Origin: the human T2T-CHM13v2.0 reference genome, Homo sapiens | NCBI RefSeq assembly: GCF_009914755.1 | Contig: NC_060926.1 | Reading direction: 5' to 3' (one strand) | Length of the DNA stretch: 64,000 bases | Shown: positions 41,430 through 61,086 of the stretch, piece after piece | How the letters are laid out: every line of letters begins with the position of its first letter | Numbering within the stretch: position 1 is the first letter of the stretch | Made by a program: the position numbers and the translations under genes | The notes under the pieces: generated by a model | Database searches by the model: none | Told to the model about the DNA's origin: nothing | Seen by the model: the letters and a program-made list of their open reading frames with translations, nothing else

Positions 41430-41620
41430 CTAAGAGCCTACCTTTCACAGTCAAAATACCTAGATTGAAATCCTGGCTCTTTTGTTTGCTGGCTTTGTGG
41501 CATCCAGCAAATTATCCACTCTCCTTGTGTCTCATACGTAAGATGGAGGTCATGACAATACCTAATCTACAAGGTTATTGAGAGAGTTATATGAGGAAGA
41601 GAGTGTGTTGTAAATTTTGC
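41430..41620 (+). mobile_element. MIR
   Basis: acctagattgaaatcctggctct..gtaagatggagg..tacctaatctacaaggttattgagag. Confidence 0.65.
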
Positions 41621-41625
41621 AGTGA

Positions 41626-41938
<313 letters not shown>

Positions 41939-41984
41939 TATTTGTTTAGGTTTTTAAGTTTCTCAGTTTGATCCTTGATCCTGC

Positions 41985-43000
<1,016 letters not shown>

Positions 43001-43208
43001 TCTAGAAAGATTGTTTTACTCGGAGAGTAAATTACTTTGCTATGCTTCAGAAAACAGGAATTGGGACTTAAGACTTGGATTCTGCCTCTTAGATTATAGT
43101 TCTGGTGCCTAAGCACATTTAATACTATTTTTTAACAATGATGGGCACTAATGTGTTTCTATGGGCTTTGCATTGTCGAGGTCTGCCACAACTGTAGTAA
43201 CAATTTAA

Positions 43209-43572
<364 letters not shown>

Positions 43573-43906
43573 TGAGATTTTATTTCTTGACTAGACATCT
43601 CCCTTCTCCCTTAAGATGAAGGTAGAAAAGAGAGGAAAATATTTTAGTAAGGTTCTCATCAGGCATAGTGAACAGCGGCTCATGTATTGATAGCCTTTGC
43701 CATAAGAAATGATATACTAACATAGTGGATTCTCTTCACAGACTTAACGGGAAGGTTGGTACAGACACACTTGAAAGGCATGGGTTATATGACTCCTCAA
43801 GGGTTTACTCACAGAAAATCATTAAAAAAAAGTGTGTGTGTGGTTCAAAGTTGTCCCTAATTGAAACAAACATTAGGAAGATGCAATATCAAAATATACT
43901 GAACTG

Positions 43907-44222
<316 letters not shown>

Positions 44223-44712
44223 TTAGAACTGGATCTTCCTAGGTTTATTGGTATTCTAGCTCTTTGGAGTGGAGAGATGTTGGCAGCACTTTCTGGAAGA
44301 TCAGTTGTTCTTCTATGTCAGCCTGGTACTCTTAGTCCAAGCAGCCTCTTCAGTTTAAAGGAGAAAAGGAAAATACCATGAAACAAAATCATACTTCCCT
44401 ATCTGGGAAGTGGATCAACTGTCTATGTCCAGTTTATGGCCCCTTCTTCACTATGGGATGGTGTGCTATATTCTGGAGTAAGTTCAAGAGTGGTTCTTGT
44501 CCTCAGGATATTTATCATTTTAAGAGAGATGAGGATTTATGTAAATAATTATACGAAAGGCAGAATAGAAGAATTGTTATATCAACCACACTACCAATGT
44601 GAAGAAGACATGCAGAGGAAACAATATAATACATTCTGCTTGAGGAAGTTGGAGATGGCTTAAGGAGGCTGTGGCATGTGGGCTGAGACTTTAAAATTAA
44701 GAAGATTTCAGA

Positions 44713-45346
<634 letters not shown>

Positions 45347-46107
45347 ATTTCAGTAGATGGAGCCCTGTTAAGGAGTTTATAGCGATGTAATGTACTTACT
45401 ATATTGAACCTAGAACTAAAGTTTCCACTTGGTGGACCTCACATACATTGTAAGGGTTATTTCCCCTCAAGTAAGTGGTGTGTAATGCAGAAAAATAGAA
45501 ATGAACTTTACCAAAGGAAATGTGTGTTAGATTTTGTTACACGAAAGGTCAATGTTTGCTTAGATATTTTTTAAAATTTCTGTGCCCTGATTGCCTCAAG
45601 ACCCAGTGAGATTTTGGTTGTTTGACCAGATGCCTGGTTTTTCTGTTGGCCCTGTCTGCACAATTCTAAAGTGGAATTCAAGGCTGTCTATAGTTTAAAG
45701 ACTGATTACTTCAACTTTAGAGGCCATTGCTGTGAATTATCTTCTTTACATCTTGTAGAGCCCTATAGATTATTTACAATAAGAAAGTTGGATAAGATAC
45801 AGAAAAGACTGAATTGCCTTTTTAGATCTAAATTTAAATTTGACGGAACCCAAACTTGCTCCTTTGCTCTGTGTTATCACATCTGCTTTGGGACCCACTA
45901 GACTGTCATTTACTTAACTGTCCCATTTCCTCAACTGTTCTGTTTCCCCACTATCAGCAGTTTTCTGGTATCATTTCCTTACAAGCCAACCTAGACTTGT
46001 AACCTATCCCTTTGACCACTCTCTCACCATTTTATTTTATTTTCCATCCATTGCACTCACCCACCAAGTCCTTAACCCTAGATCAATCCAATTTCTGACT
46101 AGACAGC

Positions 46108-46551
46108 TGTGATGGCTAATACCGAGTGTCAACTTGATTGGATTGAAGGATACAAGGTATTGATCCTGAGTGTGTCTGTGAGGGTGTTGCCAAAAGAGGT
46201 TAACATGTGAGTCAGTGGGCTGGGAAAGGCAGACCCACCCCTAATCTGGGTGGGCACAATCTAATCAGCTGCCAGGTCGGCTAGAATATAAACAGGCAGA
46301 AAAATGTGAAAAGAGAGACTGGCCTAGCTTCTCAGCCTACACCTTTCTCCCGTGCTGGATGCTTCCTGCCCACCAACATCAGACGCCAAGTTCTTCAGTT
46401 TTGGAACTCAGATTGGCTCTCCTGGCTCCTCAGCCTGCAGATGGCCTATTGTGGAACCTTGTGATTTTGTGAGTTAATACTTAATAAACTCCTTCTTAGA
46501 TATGTATCTATTCCATTAGTTCTGTCCCTCTAGAGAACTCTGACTAATACA
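46108..46551 (+). mobile_element. Solo MLT2A (HERV-L) LTR
   Basis: TGTGATGGCTAATACCGAGTGTCAACTTGATTGGATTGAAGG...CTGACTAATACA; 5-bp TSD ACAGC. Confidence 0.92.
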
Positions 46552-46559
46552 ACAGCTTT

Positions 46560-48000
<1,441 letters not shown>

Positions 48001-48287
48001 ACTGTGGAATCCTATGTGTCTGGGGTTGTGAATGTATACTCTGGAGTGTTTTGTGGGTGTGTATTGTGTTCTGCACTTACTTCTCCTGGGACTCTACGTG
48101 TAAAATTTTTGGCTTGGGATTCTAGCACATAAGGGTGGTACAAATTTGTAACTCACACCTGGAAGGGACACATGCTTAATGTATCAATTTCTCACTGGGA
48201 GAGTTTTCCACCTTCATCCAAAGATTGAGGCAGATAACACATCTTCTTGCTGCTTCTTTGTGATGGTGGCCAGAGATTTTCTAGATT

Positions 48288-48812
<525 letters not shown>

Positions 48813-49419
48813 ATCAATTTTAATAGACTGGGCAGCCCATTGAGGATCTTGGATATACGTAGTAGACTTAGTTCTACTTCCTCTCTTTTTGCAGGGTCTA
48901 TGCCTTGTCTCTTGTCCTAATACTCTTGACCCCAGCACCAGCATCTGTCTAGGCTCTATAACCTCAAGCCACCATATAGTCAATTGGAGTTGGCTTTACT
49001 TTCCTTCTGTGACTAAGCTCAGCTATGTAGTGCATATTTTGCAACATTGTGCTTGAGTATTCATACTGGAGAGGAAGGATAAATATCAGCTCAGTCCACA
49101 GCTCCAGCTCTTGTGTACTTCTCAAGCCACTTGCCATTGTTCTTCTGCTACCACTGCCCATGGAGACTTCCATTGCTAATAGCAGCTCCACAGCACTGTA
49201 TTTAATGGCTCCTTCTTAATCCTATCCTACATGACTTGTAGAAAGCTTTGGCTTTGTTGACCATTGCTTCCTTAAAGCAGTCTTTCCCTTGGCTTCTTTC
49301 ATAGTACCAATTTTCTTTCTACTTATATTGATCCTCCTTTCCAGGCTTCTTCTAGGACTTCTCTTATTATGCTCACACCCCCACTACCCTCATTATCAAT
49401 GGGGAATCAGATCTCAGTC

Positions 49420-49726
<307 letters not shown>

Positions 49727-49929
49727 CAGATCTCAGTTTTATTTCTTTTCTCACTGTATATATCTTCCCAGGGTGATTTCATTCCAATTGATGGCTTCAG
49801 GTATATTTTATGAGCTGATGACTCCCAAGTTTGTTGTCATTTTTGAAGCATTAACTGTTGTCATCCCTGCAAAACAAAAGTAGAAACAAAAAATACAAAG
49901 CAGCAGGTTTTTCTAGGCTTATAAGTTTT

Positions 49930-50417
49930 TTTTTTCAAGTTTCAGTTATTTATTAATCAGTATAATCTTCAACACATTATATCAACATGATTTCATGCAT
50001 TTAGAGGAGAAATACTTCCTGGTTAAGTGGAAAACTGTGTGGACGGCTTCTGGAAAACCTTCATTCTAAAGCAGCTTTACAGTGACACATTTCACTTAGA
50101 AATCTGGACCTTCTTTCTTCAGTTTGCTGTAATCCATATGCACTGAGTAGAACTTGTATTGATCCTTGGGACTCAGTTTGTTCCAGGGCCCTGGGTTATT
50201 CTTTCTGTCCCAACTAACATCTGGATTGAACAATGCCAGACACAAGAGATACACTGCTGCTCCAGGACCTCCAGCTCCAATAAATACAAAGAGGGGCATC
50301 AAGCTTGGCTGCTTCTTGGTATAACTGAGGATCTAGCAGAGCATGTTTGCAACAGAGGCCCTCGATTAGAAATGAGAGAACCAGCCTAGCCACCAGGCCC
50401 TGGGCTAAGTAGTATCT
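49930..50417 (-). pseudogene. NDUFA4: Processed pseudogene of NDUFA4 (COXFA4)
   Basis: [48 protein letters not shown], intronless. ATG at 50344 with TAG at codon 4; poly(A) remnant at about 49926-49936; TSD GGCTYATAAGTTTT at 49916-49929 and 50418-50431. Symbol is that of the parent gene. Confidence 0.97.
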
Positions 50418-50599
50418 GGCTCATAAGTTTTGAGAGCAAGCTCTAAAACTCCAGTGAACAGTTAGCTGCACGGTGTATTTAGGCAGACCCTTGACCCAGT
50501 CCTTCCCTGATTTGTCTTCAAAATAATTGTGGGGGCACTGAAGAATTGTGGGACACTGGCAAGAAGAAGAATCTTAGAGCAATTCTTTGATCTAGTTCA

Positions 50600-50785
50600 A
50601 TTAATTAATTAATTGACAAAAATTGTATACATTGATGGTGTACAACATGATGTTTTGATATATGTATACATTGTGGAATGGCAAAAGCAGGATAATTGAC
50701 ATATAAATTCCCTCACATACTTATCTTTTTTTCTTTTTTCTTTTTTTTATGGTGAGAACTTTGGTCTATTTTTCTGGTGAATAAT
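50600..50785 (-). mobile_element. L1MA 3' terminal fragment
   Basis: aaaattgtatacattgatggtgtacaacatgatgttttgatatatgtatacattgtggaatgg. Confidence 0.75.
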
Positions 50786-51069
50786 ATGTAGCAGGACTGG
50801 TACCAGAACCAGGTCATCCAGAGATGTTCTGTCTGCTGCCATCAACTCGGGACCTCAGAAGGTGGTACTCCTCCCCTAAAGGTGAATTATTTTAGCTAAA
50901 AAAAAACAAAGAGAAATCCTTATTTCTAGATGAAATAAGAATCAACAGGAAATTCCAGGAGATTTCAGTTACATCAGTTGTTACAGTTGGTACATAATGA
51001 TGTAACATCTGTTCCAAAGAAAACAGCAAGTATGTATTTAATACACTTTTACGAAGTCCCCATGTTTTC

Positions 51070-51527
51070 TTTTCTTTTCTTTTTTCTTTTCTTTCCTTTT
51101 TTTTTTTTTTTTTTTTTTTGAGGGTTGCAAGGTTTATTGTGAAGAGTGAAAGAACAAAGCTTCCACAGCGTGGAATGGGACCCGAGTGGGTTACAGCTGC
51201 TGGCTGGGGTTGCCAGCTTTCATTCCCTTATTGGCCCCTCCCATGTTCTGTTTTCATCCTATCAGAATGCCCTTTTTTCAATCCTCCCTGCGATTGGCTA
51301 CTTTTAGGATCCTGCTGATTGGTGCATTTTACAGACCGCTGACTGGTGCGTTGTACAGAGTGCTGATTGGTGCATTTTACAATCCTCTTGCTAGCTACAG
51401 AGTGCTGATTGGTGCGTTTTACAATCCTCTTGTAAGACAGGAAAGTTCTCCAAGTCCCCACTCGACCAAGGAAGTCCTGCTGGCTTCACCTCTCAATCCC
51501 CGCTCTAAACAAGACATCCCAGCTGAA
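51070..51527 (-). mobile_element. L1-retrotransposed ERV9/LTR12 RNA 3' end (PPT-U3-R-polyA)
   Basis: LTR start TGAGAGGTGAAGCCAG at 51495 is preceded by TTTAGAGCGGGGAT (polypurine-tract-like); AATAAA at 51138-51133, then poly(A) instead of U5; TSD AAGTCCCCATRTTTTC at 51054-51069 and 51528-51543. Confidence 0.88.
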
Positions 51528-52699
51528 AAGTCCCCATATTTTCTTTTAGTAATCATTTTAATGTGTGTGTGTGAGAAAAGGACACTATTAAAAGAAACTT
51601 TTAAACTTTTCTTTTCTAGTCCTATGTCTACTTTTAGCCAATATTTGTGAGCATCAACCATATCCCTCCTCAGTAATTATATTTTATTTTTTCCTCCCAG
51701 GTCATGTGAAAGACTGTGTATAATTCAGAAGAGATATTTCTACAGTGAAAAAAAATACCCCATATTTAAATCAATTCAAGTTTCTTCTTGACATCTAGGC
51801 TGTATCTAGGACACATCTGGACATCTGGAAACATCCAAATTTGACTGACTTTTCCAGTTTTCAGCAGAACATTTAGTAAATAAAAGAATAAGAAACTTGT
51901 ACTAATCATATATTTTTTTGAAAGTCAACAGCATTTCAGTGGGGCTGATGTCCTCATGGCCTGGCCTTTATTTCTTGCCTCATGTCAGACTTAACCCATG
52001 TTGGTGGAGGAGGCTGACATTCAAAGGGTGTGGTTTTTGAGGTTGCCACATGCCTTGCCATGACTTAAAATATCTCTCTCTGGCTGCCAGATGGCCTGGG
52101 GAAGCACCAGACACAGGCTCCATTGACCTCAGAACTTGTTGCTTTAGGACTGGAAGCTCTTTCAGGGTCTTTCTTAAATTTCTGTTTCTAAATATCTGAA
52201 GCACATCAAGCCTTAAACTGGGGTTTTGTGCTGCTCCTCCTCGCTTTCCTGAAAGCAAAGGGTAAGAATTAATTTCGGGCACAGATAGTAAATGCTGACT
52301 TTTCATTGTTCCCTTGAGAACACTTCACTCTCCAAGAGAAAGTCTCCCTTCTTCAGCCCAAATCTTGTGGAAACTGTGCATATGAGGTGTGGAGAAACCC
52401 CATGGGAAAACTGGGAGTCTACAAACAGGCCTAGTCTTTGAGGATGCTCGGCAGGGGTGGAGGAAGACGCCTCAGGTATCTCTTCAGGTCCAATTCCCTA
52501 CTGGATGTAGATATACAAAATGTAATTTACTTCCAGTTATTGAATGATAATGTCTTGAAACATTAGAAAAATAGTCATCTTGAAGGAAAAGGCAAAGAAG
52601 ATTATTTGGAGAGGAGAAGTTTTTTTTCTGTTTGTAGAGTGGAAAAGTGAGATAAATTGGTTTGAAAAAAGAAAAGTAAATACATTGCAAGGGAAACTT

Positions 52700-53540
52700 T
52701 ATTCATTAAACATTTATTGAGCACCTACTAAGTGCCAGAGACAGTTCTAGTCTCTGGAGATACAATAGTTAGCGGACTAGACAAACATGTTCTTTGGCCT
52801 TATGGACTTCTCAGTCAAGTGAAAGGGCATGGAGGGGACCTAACCCAGCGGGTGTGTGCAGCAAGGGATCAGAGGAGATTTCTCTGAAGGAGTTATATTT
52901 AAACAAAGACCTGAATAGAGTTAGATGGACAAAGCCCCCAGTTTAGTTTGGCTTCATTTTCAATGATCCCATTACAAAGCAAAACCAAACAAAAATTCAG
53001 TTCTAAGTCCTTTATTTTTTTCTACTTTAGACGGTTGCCTGCCTGAGATACAACTCTGATTTCAACAAGAGACAATTGGATTGCTATTTTTCTCTCTCCT
53101 TTGACTTGATATTTATTATTTCTCATCTCTCACTGTGTTATGACTTATTGGTTTATGTCTGTCTCTCTCTATAGACTATGAGTCACTAAAAGCCAGGGAC
53201 TGTCTTAATAGTCTTTGTTCAGGCACCACATAGCTCTAGGATGAATAAATAAAGGAATCAAGATGAATGAATAAAAATAACAGTTGTTTTCACAGCATCA
53301 TTTTGCATCGAGAAAAGTGTCATATCAAACTATTCTTCCCATCCAATCTCTTTAATTGCACAACTAACCGAATCTCCCATCCAGTCTATTCAATAACACT
53401 AATGCATTGAGCGTCTACCATGTACAGGCCACATGTTTGTCATGGGGATGTAATGGTGAGCACAATAGACAAGGCATTGGCTCTTGTGGAGTGTACAGTC
53501 TGATGGAGGAAGACAAACTTTATATAAATAATCACTCAAA
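52700..53540. mobile_element. Cluster of L2 3' ends in both orientations
   Basis: cattaaacatttattgagcacctacta (52704); tagactatgagtcactaaaagccagggactgtc (53172); ttcaataaca..cattgagcgtctaccatgt (53390). Confidence 0.65.
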
Positions 53541-54653
53541 TACTTGATTCCTAATTCTATCAAAAGAAACAATGTAGGTAAAAATACTGAAATAAAAGAT
53601 TTGAGTTGAAAATGGCAGGAAAATTTAAAGTTTTGCCAAGTTTTTGGATGCCTATAAGAAATGTGTCTTATGCTTGCTTCCTCTTTTCCCTTCTAGCTTC
53701 TTGCAGTAATTGAGTTTGTAAAATCAAGATGCATAATTTCTACAGGGAAAAGCAAATAAATTGCATTCATTCTAGGTATTTTAGCTGCCTAGGTTGGCCC
53801 AACTGTTAATAGCAAAACCCATTTTTTGGGCAAACACCAGCTAATCATTAGTGGTACTTTGATTTTCCCCAAAGTTGTTTTCTCGTCATCCTGATAACTA
53901 TCACGCAAGTCAGAATCCAATTTTGCACGGAAGTTTTAGAGCTCTAATTACCATCGTCTATAATCAGGGGTGTTATTCCTGCACATTAAGAGTATGAGAG
54001 GATATACCAGGAAAGGGAAATGGAAGAATGAAAACAAACAAACAAACCAGAGAAGCAAATGAGATGACAGATGGATATAGAGATAGAAAATAAGAGTAAC
54101 AAAAATTTGCACTGCTCTCCAAATGTCAGAAAGACTACTCTTAGAAGCTTATGAAATAATTATACACAGAACAGGATACACATTTTTTTTTTGGCTCCAG
54201 ATCTAAGAAAATAACTCTTTGGTATTAGAAGATGAACATTGAAGGAACAAACTGACCTCCTTAATATAGTAGGACAATAAACTACTATTAAGTTGATATT
54301 TCATAGTTCCCTTTGAAATTTTTGGATATAAATCAGGATTCCTCTTCCCCACCCAATGTTCTTTCCCTTTCTTTCCATATTTTTCTCATTTTTGATTTTT
54401 TTTCTTTTTTCTGAATGCTATCGTGGATCTCTGAACTGTGCTGCTAATACACATGATATATATGCTACTGACAATAAACAAGTATGAAGGTGAGAGGGCA
54501 CATGAAATGGTGTGATGACACTGGATAATAGTATTCACAGATATTTTACTTCTCAGATAAAAGAAACTGCTAATAATTTGAAAAGGAAAGGCATATTTGC
54601 TACTGTTGTTTAATATTGTAAAATGTTTGAAAATACTGTCTCCTTTATTCCTA

Positions 54654-55148
<495 letters not shown>

Positions 55149-55217
55149 TTACCTTGTCAACCATGGAGGACAGCCAAATAAGAACCTTATAACAGGTTGC
55201 ACTTCATATGCCATGAG

Positions 55218-55448
55218 TCATGCATCCTCAACAGGGGCTATGTCACCCCCAAGGAAGTGAAAATTGGTTGTGAGTATATGTAATCTTACTTTCTCATGTA
55301 TAAAGATACATATATATATATATTATATATATAAAACAGATACATAGTTTATATGATATTAAAATTTTGTGGGGGGCAATTAAAAAATGTCTGAAAATGT
55401 TTTTTAGAGGGACAACAATAATGAAAACAAATGATTGAGAGACACTGG
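55218..55448. mobile_element. Probable MER-type hAT non-autonomous element
   Basis: Imperfect terminal inverted repeats ca..tcctcaac / gattgagagacactg with an internal TA tract. Confidence 0.45.
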
Positions 55449-55701
55449 CTTTAATTGTATCTTCATGCTTTGTAGAGGAGGTAATTTACTTCTGGGTGAA
55501 GCTACTTTATCTTAAAGAGCTTGATATTTATACTGCAACACCAACTAGGAAATGACCATTATTGAATGAAGCCAAAATGGTACCATGACTACCAAATGGT
55601 GGAGAAGCTTGAGGCAAATGGATAGGCTTCTCAATAGCCTTACTATAAACCCAACAAATATAGCCCCAGATCGACTATTTGTATTGGAAATGAAGTGGTA
55701 A

Positions 55702-56035
<334 letters not shown>

Positions 56036-56079
56036 TGCAGATTTTAATTTACAGAATCTATAGTTTCAGGGATACATGT

Positions 56080-56430
56080 ACAGTAGACATTTTCATAACT
56101 GACTCTCACTTAATTGACTTGCCAGATTAAGAGGTTCTCCACATCCTCTTTAATGCATCCCGCTGAGGTCCATGGCACTCTGCACACTCTATGTTAGTAG
56201 GCTACTCACTGTTATACCCTACGCTTCTGTTCTCTTCAGTTTTATGCTTACTTAGAGTAAACTTGGTTTATTCCCAAATTTATTTATACCAGTTGCATTT
56301 GTTACTAAGTTATTATTTAATGAAATAAGAGGTAAGCATATTAATGCAAAAGAAAAGAGGATTATTGTTTCTACAAAACCCAAATTGAATGCTTTAAGAA
56401 AGAGTCAACAAGAAAAGTCACAATTTAAAT
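56080..56430 (+). mobile_element. Degraded Tigger/pogo 5' fragment
   Basis: tacagtagac terminus; aatgcaaaagaaaagaggattattgtttctacaaaacccaaattgaatgct resembles the KRKRVVVS..KLNAL start of Tigger transposases. Confidence 0.5.
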
Positions 56431-56469
56431 TAAGAACAGTCAGAGTGATTCTATGCTTGTTCCCAGCCA

Positions 56470-57120
56470 TGTTCAAATACAGGTACAGAATAGGCAGAGC
56501 ATGAAGGAGGTAGAGAAGGTACAGGGAATTAAAGGTGTACCTAATAGGTTAATGAGTATCATGATGAATATTGGACTTTAAGCTGGTTAAGGAGAAAAAC
56601 AAGAACATGAAGGTCTTGAGAGGTGATGATAAGATGGTAGGCTTTGTCAACTGGAGGGCATTGGGTTATAGTCAGAGTCATCTGAAATATTGCAGATTGT
56701 GATTAGAGGATGAAATACTTGAAATTAAGATTATGAAGGGGGTTCAGTTAATGGTAATAATGGTAATGACAAGAAGGGATTAGGTGCTAAAGTGCTGTAA
56801 AGGACAACTAAATAGGTGTAAATAAAAAGACAGCAGAGGCCAGGTTATTGGAAGGATACTGAAATCACCAAGAATTACCCCAGGAATGTAATTGGAGGAA
56901 GACAATGAAATGGTCAAAGAATAGAGTGTCATGTAATTCAGTAAATGATGTCGGTAAGTGCCAGAGATACTCAGAGAACAGAAAACATCATGTGTTGCCA
57001 TGGTTGGAAAAGCATCGTGGAGGAATGGGGATTGCATCTGAGGAATCAGGTGGGATAGATGGAGAGGACGGGGAAGGTGTTTTAGGTTATGAGTCACAGA
57101 GTGAGCAAAGGCCAAATGGC
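56470..57120 (-). mobile_element. Degraded L2 fragment
   Basis: Purine-rich with ttggaaggatactgaaatcaccaagaatta (antisense VILGDF endonuclease-like motif in ORF 56780-57232). Confidence 0.5.
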
Positions 57121-57297
57121 AGGAAGAAGCATGGTGTGTTTTTGATGTCAGAGAGTGTAGGAAGTATGATGGCTTTGGATTGTAAAAGGTTTGGAATGCT
57201 AGACCAAGGTGGTTGAGTTTTTTTTTTTCCACTTTTTCTATAGAAGAGTAATTACTGTTTAGCTGCTGCCTTTTAGAATTCTCTCAATGGGGTAATC

Positions 57298-57596
57298 TTT
57301 TTTGTTTGTTTGTGTCTTAGAGAGACAGGGTCTTGCACTGTCACCCAGGCTGAGTGCAGTGGCTCCATCATAGCTTACTGTAACCTGGGCTCAAGTGATC
57401 CTCTCACCTCAACCTCCCAAGTAGCTAGGACTACAGGTGTGCACCACCATGCTTGGCTAATTAAAGAAAAATTATTTTTTAGAGTCAGGGCCTTGCTATG
57501 TTGCCCAAGCTGTTCTTGAACTCCTGGCCTCAAGTGATCTTCCTGCCTCAGACTCCCAAAGTGCTGGAATTCCAGGCATGAGCCATCATACCCAGC
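57298..57596 (-). mobile_element. AluJ
   Basis: Divergent Alu with J diagnostics. Confidence 0.88.
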
Positions 57597-57845
57597 CTCA
57601 ATGAACTAATCTTTACTGATGTTATCCTTTGAGTGAGAATTTATTCTTGTATTAAAATTTTAGGTTGTGAGAAATTGCCTTCATTTGTAAACACAGGTCA
57701 ATAGTCATGCATGTTAAAATATAAAGGGGCAGATGGAAATAGATCAGAAAGTTAGACTATAAAAATTGAGTCTGTATCCAAGCTCACTTAGTGGCTGTAT
57801 TCTCAGAAGCTTGTGCCTGTTAAACTTCAGATTCTTTATCTTTGA

Positions 57846-58263
<418 letters not shown>

Positions 58264-58539
58264 TGACTTTCCATTTAGTATCTATTGATTTGAGAAGAGA
58301 TATTGAACTCTCACAAGACTCTGTATATAGGGATGATTTGACCAAAGTCTTCTATGTCTTTAGCTAGAACAACATGGAAGGTCAAACTATCAGAAGGCTA
58401 CTAGATGAGGTGTAATAAAAATAAGGGTAGTTTTTCTGGATGAGACAAATGTGAATTGACATTGGGCTTTGCATGACCTATGTGTCCATCCCCAAAAGGG
58501 TCTTCCTGTCATTCTTCATCAGTTATTTCAATCACGGTC

Positions 58540-59326
<787 letters not shown>

Positions 59327-59519
59327 TAATGCCAGTACCCTATTTTTTCGACTGTTAGTCCTCCAGAAATCTGGGTACTTTCAGTTTCTCCCAGGAGCAG
59401 CCCTGTATTAAAATTCTGAAAAATTAAAAATCTTAAAAAATACTTCTTGTTATTAAGCCACTGTTAGAGTTTTGGAGAGGGCCCAAGAAACAGAACATAC
59501 TGGGGAATGATCCAAATGA

Positions 59520-60002
<483 letters not shown>

Positions 60003-60369
60003 TGAGTGTTTGCTTTTTGTGGGCAATTGGTCCCCCAGGGGAAGATGGGGAAGAAAGGGGTAGGCCTATTACTCACCAGGGCAAAGCTGGAAGGGTAGAG
60101 TCTGGCAAGGGCCCCATGAAGGCAGCTTATGCTCAAGAGGAAGCCGGGTGGGGCTGGGCCACACATACCTATTCTTTCAAAACTTACCAGGCTTTTCTGC
60201 TGCTTTGGAGAGGAGTGAATTAAGGGCGTTGGAGGGGATTGCCTTTTCTCCACCACATTTTCTCATTCTTTAGTTCATTCAACTTACAGACTTTCAGGAG
60301 TTAGCCACACTATGAAGGCTGGGGATGCAAAGATGAAAAGGATGCAGTTTATCTCTAGATGGTGATACT

Positions 60370-60605
60370 AAGAACAGCTAACAGTTATTCAAGATGTGCC
60401 TTAAAATGGGATGTAGTTTTCACTCATTTGTCTTAAAACATTCACAGGCATCATATTAAACAGATAATTACTAACTTTTACAGATGGAGACACTGAGGCT
60501 TGGAAAAGTTAAGGGACTTGCTTAAAGTCACAGAAATTAGTTAATGGCAGAGCTAGGATTCAAATCCAGGCAATCTGGCTCCGGGGCTAGTATTCTTAAC
60601 TCTTT
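60370..60605 (-). mobile_element. MIR
   Basis: ttttacagatggagacactgaggcttggaaaagttaagggacttgcttaaagtcacag..ggattcaaatccaggcaatctggctcc. Confidence 0.88.
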
Positions 60606-61059
60606 CCCATGTCACAGGCCAATGCTGGAGACAGGCCTGTGAGCAAATAATTACAGTGTAATGAATGAGGTAAGTGCTAATGGAGGGACATATACCGTGC
60701 TAAGGGAATGAAGGAAGGAGTGACTAAGGTTTTGTGTAGGACATTTGTGCAATTTCCCTTGCCCACTGCCAGAAATGAACAAAGCAGAGTCTTTTCGGGG
60801 CATGCTTTATTTTGCTATACGTGGATGTAGATATAGAGCTCAATTCATGTTGCCTTGCTGCCCCTCCCAAACATAACAACACTTAAAATAATTTCTTCCT
60901 GACATCCTGGACCCCCTCCAAGAGTTTGTCCCAGCTTTTGGACAAGGCAGAAACAGGAAAAGGATGTCCTAATGTTCCCTGACCAGAGACCTAAATTGGA
61001 ATTTGGAAGAGTTTCGTAATTAAAATCATTGTTAAGATTTTATTGTCCTGTACCCTGTA

Positions 61060-61086
61060 GTGTGTGTGTGTGTGTGTGTGTGTGTG
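61060..61086. repeat. (TG)n microsatellite
   Basis: About 13 TG units. Confidence 0.95.

Noticed and set aside
51790-51838. Short repeated GACATCTGG-like units
   Set aside because: Small degenerate slippage repeat with no further structure.
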